Source: Eledone cirrhosa
Lineage: Eukaryota
Assembly: GCA_964016885.1 (NCBI GenBank)
Contig: OZ024753.1
Location: forward strand, 6,510,001 to 6,574,000
Direction: 5' to 3'
Length of the DNA stretch: 64,000 bases
This document shows, one piece after another, positions 12,730 to 25,650 of this stretch (within the stretch, counting starts at the first letter, position 1; the number at the start of each line of letters is the position of its first letter). The position numbers and the translations under genes were made by a program. The notes under the pieces were generated by a model. The model saw only the letters and a program-made list of their open reading frames with translations, did not search any database and was not told the DNA's origin.

Positions 12730-13222
12730 AATTGGAGATTGATAGATAGAAGGGGGGAGAGAGAGTGGGTGTGAGTGAGAAATAGATGTATATATATATA
12801 TATAGAGAGAGAGAAATTGGAGATAGATAGACAGATAGATTGATAGATAAATGGAGAGAGAGAGTGTGGGTGTGAGAAATATATATATATAGAGAGAGAG
12901 AAATTGGAGATAGCTAGGGAGTGAGTGAGAGCATGGGTGAGAGTGAGAAATAGATGTATATATAGAGAGAGAGAAATTGGAGATAGATTGATAGTTAAAT
13001 GGGGAGAGAAAATGAGTGTGACAAATATATATATATATATAGAGAAATTGGAGATAGATAGATGGGGAAGAGAGAGAACATGGGTGTGAGAAACAGATAT
13101 AAATATATATATAGAAATTGGAGATAGATAGGTAAAAAGGGGAGAATGAGAGTGAGTGTGAGAAATATATATATAGAGAGAAATTGGTGATAGATAGATA
13201 AATGGGGAGAGAGAGAGTGTGT
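12320..13222. repeat. Compound minisatellite, ~70-bp unit built from (GA)n, (TA)n and (GATA)n
   Basis: Recurrent AAATTGGAGATAGATAGAT..GGGGAGAGAG..GTGTGAGAAATATATAT. Confidence 0.9.
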
Positions 13223-14120
13223 AAATGTTACCATAGAAAAACACTTTGTTTGTATTTTCTCCATTAGCAAGCTGGATATAATTATCCCCGTAAGCTCTAT
13301 ATTATCGCCACTTATTTCCCAGTTTCAAAGGAACGCTTTAACAGAAAATAAACATCATGGCTGTAAATTTCAATGAGCACAATCCTTCGTCGTGTATTTA
13401 ATGTAGAGTAATATGGTGAACATGCAAGTTACAAGTACATTAGATTCCTTGATATATCAATAGATGCGGTAGAGACTTCTGAAACTGGACTGTCGTGTTT
13501 TCATAAATAAGCAGGTATACAGAATGCTCACCTTATTCAACAGAATGTACTGTGTATTATTTTTAAAAAATTCTTCTTCAGCAACAAGTACTCACTGATC
13601 ACTAAGGTGAGATGATGCAAAATCTCATATAGATTTCATGAGTGGAAGTAATAATTGCAGTCTCTAATGCATATATTGAGTGCTTGACTGGCAGATATTA
13701 ATTACCTGTAGCCATAGCGTCACATAATGTAAGTTTATTTTATATAAACATGTAATGTATCCCGTATGTATCCCGTGCTGTTAATGTTACAGCTAATTAA
13801 TGCCAACTTGTCAAGTTTGCAAAAGTTTCAGTACTATAATGGTATGCAGTAGCTTCATCTTGTCTTACTACCGATTGATTAAATGTCACTTATGAAGGAC
13901 AAGAATCCCACATCGCTCGCATCTGGTGCTGTAGCAAAATTACTGGTTTCGGTTTGATCTGATGACAAACTGAAATACAAACAGCAAGACATTTAAGTTT
14001 ATTATATATAAAAAAATTTAGATACAAAAGGAAAAAAATACTCAAGGAACAAATATCTTCTGCAACCTATTCTGAATATAGATATCCTGTAGTTAATTCT
14101 GTTATATATATAACAGACAC

Positions 14121-14606
14121 ATTTACAGTGTCGAGTGCGAGCCTTGTTACCGTGTCTGCTACACGACCATTTTACAGTGTGGACTGGGAGCTTTTCTGTT
14201 GTGACACCTACACTACCACTTTAGTTTGGACAGCATGTTCTGTAGTACCAACATAAATTTACAGAGAAAGGGTGGTGTTGGTGGGAGTGGATATATGTTG
14301 GTTGTGTTGGTACCACAGAAAATCCAGTCCAAACTAAAGTGGTAGTGTAGGTGTCACAACAGAAAAACACCCAGTCCATGCTGTAAAGTTGTCATGTAGG
14401 AGACACAGTAAAAAGGGTCTCAATCCACACTGTAAATGTGGTTGGTATTAGGAAGGGCATCTAGCCATAGAAAAGCTGCCAGATACAGTCCTATACGAGC
14501 GAGACACGGTCAGCCGATAAATCCTGCCACAATTGAGATAATTCCCATTTACGTTTAACCCATGCTAGTGTGGAAGATAGACATTAAACAATGATGCTGA
14601 TGATGA
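14121..14606 (+). mobile_element. RTE-type 3' UTR/tail element with an inverted duplicate of its 5' part
   Basis: 14121-14255 is an inverted copy of ~14305-14437; ends ...ACCCATGCTAGTGTGGAAG..(GAT)n. Confidence 0.75.
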
Positions 14607-14634
14607 TATATATATATATATCATCATCATCATC

Positions 14635-14892
14635 ATGGCTTAGTGATTAGAGCATTGGGCTTGCAATCGAAAGGTTGTGAGTTCAATTCTCAGACTGGGT
14701 GATGTGTTGTTTCCTTGAATGAGACACTTTATTTCACATTGCTCCAGTTTACTCAGCTGTAAAAATGAGATGATAGGGACTGGGGTCCATATCATTCCAC
14801 TGCAAAGTGGTCGTGGGGGTGCCATGGCAAAAAAGCACCCAGCACTCACTGTAAATGAGGTTGGCGTTAGGAAGGACATCCAGCTGTAGAAA
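14635..14892 (+). mobile_element. CORE-type SINE B with RTE-derived tail
   Basis: A box TGGCTTAGTGA, B box GAGTTCAATTC, CORE-like TTGAATGAGACACTT, then GTTAGGAAGGACATCCAGCTGTAGAAA. Confidence 0.85.
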
Positions 14893-15270
14893 TATATATA
14901 TATATATATATATAATATAGGACCAATGAAATCCATGAAAGCGTGGTAAGACAATAATGAAGACGATGCAAAGAGTGTTGAATAGATGTATGTATGTGTA
15001 TATGTGTGTATATAGTTACGCATACAGACATATATATATATAAATACTCAATATAGAAATGGCTTCTAAAGGATTAGAACTGTTTCAGGAGAGCCCTGAA
15101 GATTTCTCTGCTGTGTATTGAGTACCTTGCTTGATCTGGTACCCCCGATTGAACCCGGGATATATATATCTATATCTCTCTCCATATATATATGTGTATG
15201 TGTATACATGTGTATATATATATATATACACATGTGTATATATATGTATGTATATATATATATATATATC

Positions 15271-15877
15271 ACTGATGATGGATAGTCCTGGCTTCTCTTT
15301 CTAATTTTTAGTTCATATGTATCACATTCCCAACAACACACCACACCATTTTTCATTCCTATATGCTTTCCCCTTCGCTGTGACCTGTCTTTCTCTTCCC
15401 TTACCGCTCTCCTCTTTCTCTCTCCCCCTTCTCTCTCTTACTTTCATTCTCCCCCTCTGCTAGTCACTCTATCTCGGCTAGCCTCTTCCTCACACTTTCA
15501 CTCACTCACTCTCTGCTACTCACCCTCTCTCTCTCACTTCCTCCAACATCCGACACCGTACAAAATTATTTTCTCGCTCACTTTTCGCACGGTACGGATG
15601 GCCTTTCATCTTCTCGTCAATGTTCGCAAGTTCTTATGTTCAAATGAATCACTGACTTGATTTTCTCATTTTTCCTCTCTTTACGTTGCCCCACCATTCG
15701 TGTTTGTTCACCTGTCTCTCTTTCTCCACCCAATTCTTTTCATCCCAATAACTTATTTTAGTTGTTGTTCGCGCCAGCCTGAGGTATCTGATATTTAATG
15801 TGAAGAAATACTTAAGATGGCTAGTAGACCATTGATGATGGATAGTCCCGGCTTCTCTTTCTAATTTTTACTTCATA
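15271..15877 (+). mobile_element. Element bounded by ~45-bp direct repeats inside (TA)n (possible PLE pLTR remnant)
   Basis: TGATGATGGATAGTCC(T/C)GGCTTCTCTTTCTAATTTTTA(G/C)TTCAT at 15273 and 15833; pyrimidine-rich interior. Confidence 0.5.
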
Positions 15878-16223
15878 TATATATATTCACATAAATATAT
15901 ACATACATATATATATATATATATAATACCAATATCTTTTGATACAGAAATAAAGGGGCAAAATCAAAATATGACAAGATGCTTGATATTCAATCATAAA
16001 GTTTATAGATACCTAGTTTAGGATGTGTAGGATAGTCTGCCTTCTTCTTCTTCTTCTTCTTCTTCTTCTCAAGAAAATATAGTTCTAAATACATCCTCTT
16101 CATATTACCCTTTTATAATTTGTCAAAATAATTTGTCAATATTCAATTGTATAATGCCAATTGTTGAATGGAACATGTCTAGCCAGATTGTCAAACAAAA
16201 CAGAAATTGCATGCAATAATATA

Positions 16224-16260
<37 letters not shown>

Positions 16261-16264
<4 letters not shown>

Positions 16265-16830
16265 TCAGGTCACCAGTTGGTGCTACTGGTAACATGTATC
16301 CCAGTACAACCTGTCTCATGGTCGGGTCGTTGGCGACTGAACTGGCAACCCCACCAAGGTTTCTTGGTGAGGAGGGTGACTTTGGACATCCTGCAGGACT
16401 AAAAACAAAACCTGTCAAAGGGCAAACAAGCTCTTAAGAGTCAATGGCCATCCCAAATTTGTCAAGGCAGAATTCTAGGAGAAGGAAAACTCTGATATAA
16501 CACCTGCAAGCCTGATGGTATCCAATGATGTTGTCTTGTTCTTCTTTTTGGTAAATATCATCTTGGTTAAGAGAGAGGGACTGGCTTTGTGCAGTGCCTT
16601 TGCTCACTATAAAAGCTTCACAGCACAGGCATTGCTTTATATCTGGAGATATCTCTGCACTTGTCGTCACAGGGTACAATGGGCCCAGCACTATGTGTCA
16701 ATAATTGTCACAAGTGTAGTGTTTGTACCAGAGTTTTCAAGTCGCTGGCTGGACTAAAAAGTCACACTCGTTCTCCTACATGGATATAAAGTAGTGGCCA
16801 TACTCGAAAACGAGTTGGCAGCCACCATAT
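16261..16830. mobile_element. Unclassified GC-richer element inserted in (TA)n
   Basis: Sharp compositional boundaries, ATGGT...ACCAT termini, (TA)n on both sides. Confidence 0.5.
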
Positions 16831-16843
16831 ATATATGTATATG

Positions 16844-16877
<34 letters not shown>

Positions 16878-17109
16878 ATATATATATATATGATTAATTT
16901 CCACGTGCTGTTGAAATGTTGGGTAAATATTCTATAGCGGTTGGACGCGAAGAAGCTGCTGTGGCGTATTTATTTACTGTTTCTTCATAGGTGCCTTTTA
17001 TTCTTATAGCCTGGTCTAATTAATTTTTTGTGTGGTTAATTATGCTGATTGGGAGTAGAGACGATGTATATATATTATCAAATAATTCTCTGGACATACT
17101 TTACTCTAT

Positions 17110-17142
<33 letters not shown>

Positions 17143-17151
<9 letters not shown>

Positions 17152-17679
17152 TAAACAAATAATGAATACAACAATGAAACAGTTCCTTATATTAAACAAA
17201 AAAAGTTCATTATTTAACGATCGTTTCTAGGATATATATGTGTTAGAATTGGCATGCATATTCAACAGATCTATGTACAAAATTATACAAAATTATACAA
17301 ACTATCAAGATTAAATATACATACCAACACATATATACGCCGTCTTATATATATATATATGTGTTGGTATGTATATTTAATCTTGATAGTTTGTATAATT
17401 TTGTATAATTTTGTACATAGATCTGTTGAATATGCATGCCAATTCTAACACATATATATCCTAGAAACGATCGTTAAATAATGAACTTTTTTTGTTTAAT
17501 ATAAGGAACTGTTTCATTGTTTTATTCATTATTTGTTTAATATTTTATCTTGACTCTGTATACCGTTTATCTTTCACCGAAAGTGATTTTTCATTACATC
17601 TCTTCTTTCCATGATATCCGGAATACATTGAGTTCTTCATACGGATTGGACACTACCGTAAACTCTTGGTAGATTTATC

Positions 17680-17681
<2 letters not shown>
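17143..17681 (+). mobile_element. PLE-like remnant with ~195-bp inverted arms and hammerhead-like motif
   Basis: 17143-17337 inverted against 17354-17548 (1 mismatch seen); CTGTTGA(17423)...GAAAC-GATC-GTT(17464-17475); (TA)n flanks. Confidence 0.7.
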
Positions 17682-17718
<37 letters not shown>

Positions 17719-17807
17719 AAATGAGGTTTTTTTAATGAAAAAAAGTGAGATGCCCTACACGAGTAAAGGTGTAATGAAAACACTCCAGTTGCCTTTTCCT
17801 TATCCTT

Positions 17808-18259
17808 ATATGTATATATATATACATATATATATATATACATACATATATATACATATATATATACATACATATATATACATATATATATACATACATA
17901 TACATACATATATATACATATATATATACATACATATATATACATATATATATACATACATATATATACATATATATACATATATATATACATACATATA
18001 TATATACATATATATACATATATATATACATATATATGTATATATACATGTATATACATATATATATACATATATATGTATATATACATATATATATACA
18101 TACATATATATATACATACATATATATATACAAACATATATATATACAAACATATATATATATACAAACATATATATATATACAAACATATATATATACA
18201 AACATATATATACATACATATATATATACATATACATATATATACATACATACATATAT

Positions 18260-18302
<43 letters not shown>

Positions 18303-18520
18303 TATACATACATATACATACATACACATATATATAAATACATACATATATATATATACATATATATAAATACATATATATACATACATACACATATATA
18401 TATATAAATACATATATATATATACATATATATACATCCATATATATATATATATATACACATATATATATACATACATATACATACGTACATACATATA
18501 CATATATATATATATACATA
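17808..18520. repeat. (TA)n/(TACA) microsatellite
   Basis: Direct observation. Confidence 0.97.
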
Positions 18521-19514
18521 GGTAAGAGGGAATTAATTATGTCTATGTGTATATACATAGATATATGTATGTATATATATATATATATATATAAATACAT
18601 TTGTGAGTGTGTTTCTGATGGTGTGTATGGGTGCACCTGTTTGTGGATATATAAATGCGTGTGTGTGTGTGTGTGTGTGTATAAATGAAATAGAAAGAAA
18701 TAGCAGATACACATGAAAAGAAGACGAGATAGAAATGAAAATAAGACATTTCGTTTCGAAGTCTGGTATTGTATGTACCTAGGTATATAGTATATATCTG
18801 ATACTCCCAAGTCGCATTATATTTGCTTCTCTATCACATCTTTTCTTCAAACTGTACGCAAGAATTCTATTTCCACAGAATGGTACTATTAACATTTTTT
18901 ATTCATTGTTTTGCCTTTTTCCTTTCCTTATTCCTTTTGCCATGCTAACCACTGTTGATATTGACTTCATCTCAGCAAATAATACCAGCAGCTACCAAAA
19001 TTTGCAATTCCTATTTGCATTTGGCTCTTAATTTACTTTAGATTTACAGATGCGACTGCATTAAAGCTGCTCACGTTTATTTCAGGGAATTTCTTCAGAA
19101 TTAAGTTAGCTCCACCATTTTACGGCCAGAATTTAGATGTTCTTACAGTTTATTCTATATTTCTTTTTATGTATTTAGTTGGTTGTTCTTTTTTTTTTCA
19201 CTCTGCTGCAGTGACTGGGGACTTGGGGGAAATAAATAAACGCTGGGTTTTGTGACATCTACAGAAATCTGAAGTAGATAGTGAAGTTTCTAAAGAACTT
19301 ACAGATTAAATCAATGTATGCTTAACTTAAAATCTAGTTGCCCTGCATGTGTACGTGGTTGTGGTAAGGTGTGGCAAGTATTTATATTTATTTCGTTGTC
19401 ATGATTCAGTTAAGGTTAAGAATGTTGATGATGATGATGATGGTAATAACAGCCATTATGTTAATGATAGGCTTATAGACAAGCGACTAGGAAAATATTG
19501 ATATTGATGTTTAG

Positions 19515-19640
19515 GATGAGGAAGATAAGGGGGAGCATAAGGGGAAGAGTATGAGGAAGATAAGGGGAAGCATAAGGGGAAGAGTATGAGGAAGATAAGG
19601 GGAAGCATAAGGGGAAGAGTATGAGGAAGATAAGGGGAGG
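19515..19640. repeat. 35-bp purine-rich tandem repeat, ~3.5 copies
   Basis: ATGAGGAAGATAAGGGGAAGCATAAGGGGAAGAGT units. Confidence 0.9.
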
Positions 19641-19874
19641 AGTAGTGTGGAGAGAGATGACATAGATGCAACCTAGGAAGAGATGGTGGCCGGGTGATAA
19701 CTTTGTTGATTATGGTGTGTTGGAAATGGAGGAAGATATACATAATAATTGTTTCTGCTTTTGGCACAAGGCCAGCAATTATCCCAGTGCATTGCTGGTA
19801 CTTTATTTTATCGACCCCGTAAGGATGAAAGGCAAAGTTTGACCTCGGAATAATGATGAAGTTTATGGTGCCAT

Positions 19875-20183
19875 GGTGATGATGATGATGATACTGATGA
19901 TGGTGATAATGATGATGATGATAATGATGATGATGATGGAAATTGTGACGATGTTGATGGTGATGATGAGGGTGATGGTGATGATGATGATGATAATGGT
20001 TGTGATGGTGATACTGATGATTGTGATGGTGATGATGGGGATGGTGATGATGATAGTTGTGAAGATAATGATGATGATGATGATGCTTGTGATGATGATG
20101 GTGATGCTGATGATGGGGGTGATGACGATGATAATGACAAGTTTAATAACAATGACGATGATGATGATTGTGATGGTGATGAC
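19875..20183. repeat. Degenerate (GAT)n microsatellite, preceded by truncated SINE A (19748-19848, -)
   Basis: Direct observation. Confidence 0.95.
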
Positions 20184-20298
20184 AGTTCCTGTGCCAAACA
20201 AAAAAAAAAATGGATCAGGAACTGAAAGGGGAATACATTTATCTAAACACCATATTGGTCTCTTTGTATAAGATGGAGAAATATTTACCTTCAATGTA

Positions 20299-20339
<41 letters not shown>

Positions 20340-20386
20340 TATGTTTGTTTAGGGCTGTGACTTTAAAGTAGAGGGAAATTCATTAA

Positions 20387-21746
20387 CCCCTTAGCATTTA
20401 AACCGGCCGTATCCAGCTAGAATTCTCTCATCTCTTTCTGTTCAAACTGTCTGTAACAGGCAGCTCATACTGATGTTAAGGTATAGTTCTGAAAATAAAC
20501 AACATAAAAATATCATAGATTCGATATTAGGTGAGATAAAGCCTTTCCAGTGAAAATACAATAGTATATATAGAGTAATATAAATGTTATGTGAGATATT
20601 ATGTGAGGTAAAGCCTTTCCAGTGAAAATACAATAGTATATATAGAGTAATATAAATGTTATGTGAGATATTATGTGAGGTAAAGCCTTTCTAGTGAAAA
20701 TACAATAGTATATATAGAGTAATATAAATGTTATGTGAGATATTATGTGAGGTAAAGCCTTTCCAGTGAAAATACAATAGTATATATAGAGTAATATAAA
20801 TGTTATGTGAGATATTATGTGAGGTAAAGCCTTTCCAGTGAAAATACAATAGTATATATAGAGTAATATAAATGTTCTGTGAGATATTATGTGAGGTAAA
20901 GCCTTTCCAGTGAAAATACAATAGTATATATAGAGTAATATAAATGTTATGTGAGATATTATGTGAGGTAAAGCCTTTCCAGTGAAAATACAATAGTATA
21001 TATAGAGTAATATAAATGTTATGTGAGATATTATGTGAGGTAAAGCCTTTCCAGTAAAAATACAATAGTATATATAGAGTAATATAAATGTTATGTGAGA
21101 TATTATGTGAGGTAAAGCCTTTCCAGTGAAAATACAATAGTATATATAGAGTAATATAAATGTTATGTGAGATATTATGTGAGGTAAAGCCTTTCCAGTG
21201 AAAATACAATAGTATATATAGAGTAATATAAATGTTATGTGAGATATTATGTGAGGTAAAGCCTTTCCAGTGAAAATACAATAGTATATATAGAGTAATA
21301 TAAATGTTATGTGAGATATTATGTGAGGTAAAGCCTTTCCAGTGAAAATACAATAGTATATATAGAGTAATATAAATGTTATGTAAGATATTATGTGAGG
21401 TAAAGCCTTTCCAGTGAAAATACAATAGTATATATAGAGTAATGTAAATGTTATGTGAGATATTATGTGAGGTAAAGCCTTTCCAGTGAAAATACAATAG
21501 TATATATAGAGTAATGTAAATGTTATGTGAGATATTATGTGAGGTAAAGCCTTTCCAGTGAAAATACAATAGTATATATAGAGCAATGTAAATGTTATGT
21601 GAGATATTATGTGAGGTAAAGCCTTTCCAGTGAAAATACAATAGTATATATAGAGTAATATAAATGTTATGTGAGATATTATGTGAGGTAAAGCCTTTCC
21701 AGTGAAAATACAATAGTAAATATAGAGTAATGCAAATGCTAAAGGG
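20387..21746. mobile_element. piggyBac-type MITE containing an internal 72-bp satellite (~16-17 copies, ~20531-21736)
   Basis: TTAA|CCCCTTAGCATTTAAACCGGCC ... AATGCTAAAGGG|TTAA; the unit is present once in the sister MITEs at 10403 and 63079. Confidence 0.92.
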
Positions 21747-22289
21747 TTAAACACATCACATATTTAATTTCAATTTTTGTTTCTGAAAACTTTTCTATAA
21801 TTGTTGATTTTGTTAATGAAGGAACATCCCTATTTTAACCATAACATTTCTTCTAATAAAGCTATCACTTAAATCCCCTCCCACACTTTGTGCATAACTG
21901 TTATTTTTAGTTAACTCCTAATGAATAGAAGAGTTATCTTACGTAGGATTTGAACTTTCAACATACATACAAACATAAATAAAATCTCTATATATTTACT
22001 ACAAGTCCAAATAGTTCTTATCAAATAGCAATTACAGATTGTCATGATAATAATTGTTTCTACTTTTCGCACAAGACCAGCAATAATACCGTGCATTACT
22101 GGTACTTTATTTTATCGGAAGATAAGATAATAGAGGGAAGAGTGCATGTTTGTAAAAGGGTATTTATATGTGAAATTCTAGGCTAAAGCTTAAATTGTCA
22201 CTCAGTCCATTACCCATTAACTTCCATCTTGGTGTGCTACATTTCCGCTCTCCCTTCCCTATATATATCATCATCCATCTTTCATGCTA

Positions 22290-22330
<41 letters not shown>

Positions 22331-22336
<6 letters not shown>

Positions 22337-22670
22337 CATCATCATCATTTTACGTCCGCTTTACCCTGCTTGCAAGGGTGGGACAGGAACAGATTCTGGC
22401 TTGATTTCTACAGCTGGATGCCCTTCCTAACACCAACCTCATTTACAGTGAGTGCTGGGTGCTTTTTTGCCGTGGCACCTCCACGACCACTTTACAGTGG
22501 AATGATATGGACCCCAGCCCCTATCATCTCATTTCTACAGCTGAGTAAACTGGAGCAATATGAAATAAAGTGTATTGCTCAAGGAAACAACACATCACCC
22601 GGTCTGAGAATTGAACTCACAACCTTTCGATTGCAAGGCCAATGCACTAACCACTAAGCGATGTGCCTCC
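22331..22670 (-). mobile_element. Full-length CORE SINE B with RTE tail and (GAT)n end
   Basis: Reverse-complement near-identical to 41819-42152. Confidence 0.9.
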
Positions 22671-22961
22671 ATATATATATATATATAAAGCCATGTGCCT
22701 CCATATATATATATATATATATATAAAGAATTAGTATATCTACCAACATATATATACAGATGCATACCTATGCTAGCAAATATATAGGTTTTGTCTTAGT
22801 AACTTTGTGGTTCAATGCAAGGGGATCCAGAACAATTATATGAAAGACGTAAAATAAGAAAATTATAGAAGTTAACTTACTTACTAAAATTTCACTCCAA
22901 CTAATTAGTTTCTGAAAGGGAATAAACATGGTTTCCGAATGGAACATGGAGAATACCTTTC

Positions 22962-23290
22962 GTCACCCCCACCCCATCCACACCACCCCTTTCAATGTAA
23001 AGTTATGTTGGTACCACAACATCCAGTCCGAAACAAATGAGGTCGTGTAGGTGTCACAACAAAAAAAAAAACACACAGTCCACGCTGTAATGTGGCCGTG
23101 TAGGTAACACGGTAAAAACCTCCCAGTCCACACTGTAAACGTGGTTGGTGTTAGGAAGGGCATCGAGCCGTAGAAAACCCGCCAGACAGTCCTATGCGAG
23201 CAAGACAAGCACTCTTGCCTCAAGTGGGAAAACTCCCGTCCAAACCCATGCAAGCGTGGAAGATGGACGTTAAACGATGATGATGATGAT
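22962..23290 (+). mobile_element. RTE-type 3' UTR/tail element
   Basis: GTTAGGAAGGGCATC..ACCCATGCAAGCGTGGAAGATGGACGTTAAACG(ATG)n; similar to 14300-14606. Confidence 0.8.
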
Positions 23291-23550
23291 ATATATACAC
23301 ATATATATATATATATATATAGTATTAGTTATACTATTTATGGTTATGTAAATACAAAACCTTATGCAGTTATAAGTATTTTACACACACCCTAAATAGT
23401 GGTAGGCAGTAATGTATTACTACCTTATTACCAGTAAGTTAAGTAGCTCAATGTAAAAATATCAGATGATTTACAGAGCAGTTATATGAAATATAACTTG
23501 GAGGAAACAGCTGTAAGCACAATAATGTTTTGAACAGTTCTTTGATTCTT

Positions 23551-23597
<47 letters not shown>

Positions 23598-23679
23598 AAA
23601 AATTGAACAGGGACAGAACAGAGAGGCAGTACGACAAATGTTTATTAGATTCACGCTCAGGAGAGTGGGGGGTAGGTGG

Positions 23680-23718
23680 AGGACGACGTTTCGGGCATAA
23701 GCCCTTCTTCAGGTAAGA
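23680..23718 (-). ncRNA. Minimal type I hammerhead ribozyme motif within a PLE-like remnant (~23595-23845)
   Basis: Minus strand: ac-CUGAAGA-a-GGGC-uuau-GCCC-GAAAC-GUC-gu; AATAAA ~35 nt downstream; (TA)n flanks. Confidence 0.7.
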
Positions 23719-23858
23719 GTTCAAAAGGTGAGTAGGGGAGTGGTGGAGAGACATATAGCGAAAGGAAACGGTGCGAATGAAAAATTAACAAATAAAGACA
23801 AACATATAATAAATAATAAATAAAAATAAAGCATGATCAAAATACATATATATATATA

Positions 23859-24030
23859 TGTAACAGTGACATAAACAGATACTCAAGTTTCGTGGGGTTC
23901 TGGGCCTCAACTCATTCAGCCTCATGACAGGCTGAATGAGTTCCTGTTTCTGTCACTGTTGTAATTATTTATACTAAACTTTTCCTATGGACTGAGCACT
24001 CTTACATTTGGATATTTCCACCTAACGTTT

Positions 24031-24038
<8 letters not shown>
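23859..24038. mobile_element. Small foldback PLE-like remnant
   Basis: AACAGTGACATAAACAG / CTGTTTCTGTCACTGTT and CTCATTCAGCCT / AGGCTGAATGAG inverted pairs; between (TA)n tracts. Confidence 0.5.
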
Positions 24039-24069
<31 letters not shown>

Positions 24070-24483
24070 TAATAACTGGAAACTATATTTATAAAACCAT
24101 ATTTATTTTATTATACATATTTCAAGGCAAATTATGGTGCGCTTTCATCAGACAAAATACAGATTTGTTTTATAAATAAATATTGACATACCCGGAAAAA
24201 AGACAACCTTAACGGTTGGAGCTTCCTGGATATATACTCCACTAACTTGTTGAGTGCTTTATATCAGTTATAAAAATTGTTAAGCTTGTTGAATCTCAAC
24301 AAATTAAATATATCCTCTGCATATATATATGTATGTGTGTGTGTGTATGTGTGTGTGTGTATGTGTGTGTGTGTGTATGTGTATGCATGTGCGTATGCGA
24401 AAGGTAAACAGAAATAACAACACAATCAGTACAGTATATGGAAGGGATATATGAGGTTAACGCTTGATATAGCAGGAAGAAGA

Positions 24484-24520
24484 TCTTAATGTTTCGGATG
24501 CTAGTCCTTCTTCAGAAGAA
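24484..24520 (-). ncRNA. Degenerate minimal hammerhead motif
   Basis: Minus strand: ucuu-CUGAAGA-a-GGA-cuagca-UCC-GAAAC-AUU-aaga. Confidence 0.55.
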
Positions 24521-25269
24521 AGAATGAGAAATAAGATAGATTGAAGTGGATGGGCGAGTAAATCTCCTTATGCCTATTACTTCTTTCTTCATTCGAACAT
24601 GTTTGTTTACATCCATATATGGCTATATGCACACCTCACACCACCCAGGCTACTTAAACTGACCTGATGTCTGCTATACACCTTAACAATATCCTCCGAT
24701 ACTTTACTTCTACCAACATAATTCATTCCTCATACTTCTCAAACCGCCCTCCACACTATCCCCATATTAAGTAACCTCTTTCCCCATATCTACTATTACA
24801 CAATATTCTTTCATCTTTCCCGATTTTATCACCCGCCTTTATTATACATCTGTGAAATACTAACCTCTATATGTTTGTTTGCTCTCCAAGGAATGAAAAT
24901 TGTGCAAACTTCAGATTCGTATCTGATGATAATTCTGCAGTTTTGCAACATTAAGTTCAACATCTACAAATGATAAAATGCTATTGGTGTAAGTAGAAAT
25001 GGTTGCAAAACGACAATAATAATATCTACAACAATAGAAATTACACAAAAAGTCAGTAACGACGATAAAAACATCAAGAATTTATGAGTTGCCTAGTACA
25101 AAATATTATGATGACGTATATACTAGAAAAACGAGTTGTAAACGTGCATCGATTTGATCGCATCTAACAGGAGATTAGAATGGTAATTCCTTCAAACCAA
25201 TATACGGACATAAATGTAGATATTTCTGATAGAAAATAAAGAAATAGAAATAAAATCTTCACAGAAACA

Positions 25270-25650
25270 GATTATTTAAGAGGAACTTAATATAATTGTT
25301 GAGAATCATAAATAGAATTGCTTAAATTGCGATCAATTGAAGATAATATCACTGTGAGATAAATACATTGAATCTCCCAGAGAAATACAACTCAGAGCTT
25401 CTAAGGAATACGTTCATTTGAAATTCAGAAGAAAGCAATTCCCAGTGCTTCAGTCTTGGACAATGTTACTACGTTGTGGACGATAAAACGGAGAAATTGC
25501 TGTAAAGAAATTGTCATTATACATTTCGAATTGATAAAAGGATAGTATAGTGAATTAGAGTTGGATATGATATGTATATGATACAGCAATGAGTTACAAC
25601 ATAAAACACTTTACAAAAACGTAACAATCATTATGGAAGTAATTAGGTAC
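25270..25650 (+). pseudogene. Heavily decayed Helitron (Pif1-like) helicase relic
   Basis: TTCAGAAGAAAGCAATTCCCAGTG translates FRRKQFPV, preceded by a frameshifted PR-IQL; resembles the Helitron IPRI..F.RRQFPV motif. Confidence 0.45.

Noticed and set aside
13943-13980. CTGATGA...GAAA motif
   Set aside because: No stem II, stem III or cleavage triplet; it is the loop of a small hairpin.
14635-14700. tRNA gene
   Set aside because: A and B boxes belong to SINE heads; there is no complete cloverleaf and the sequence continues into a SINE body.
18740-18770. Minus-strand GAAAC..GTC half-hammerhead
   Set aside because: No upstream core or stem II found; too degenerate.
20513-21754. 413-aa repeat ORF (also 30950-31860)
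   Set aside because: Arises from 72-bp and 39-bp satellite units divisible by three; the first derives from a non-coding MITE.
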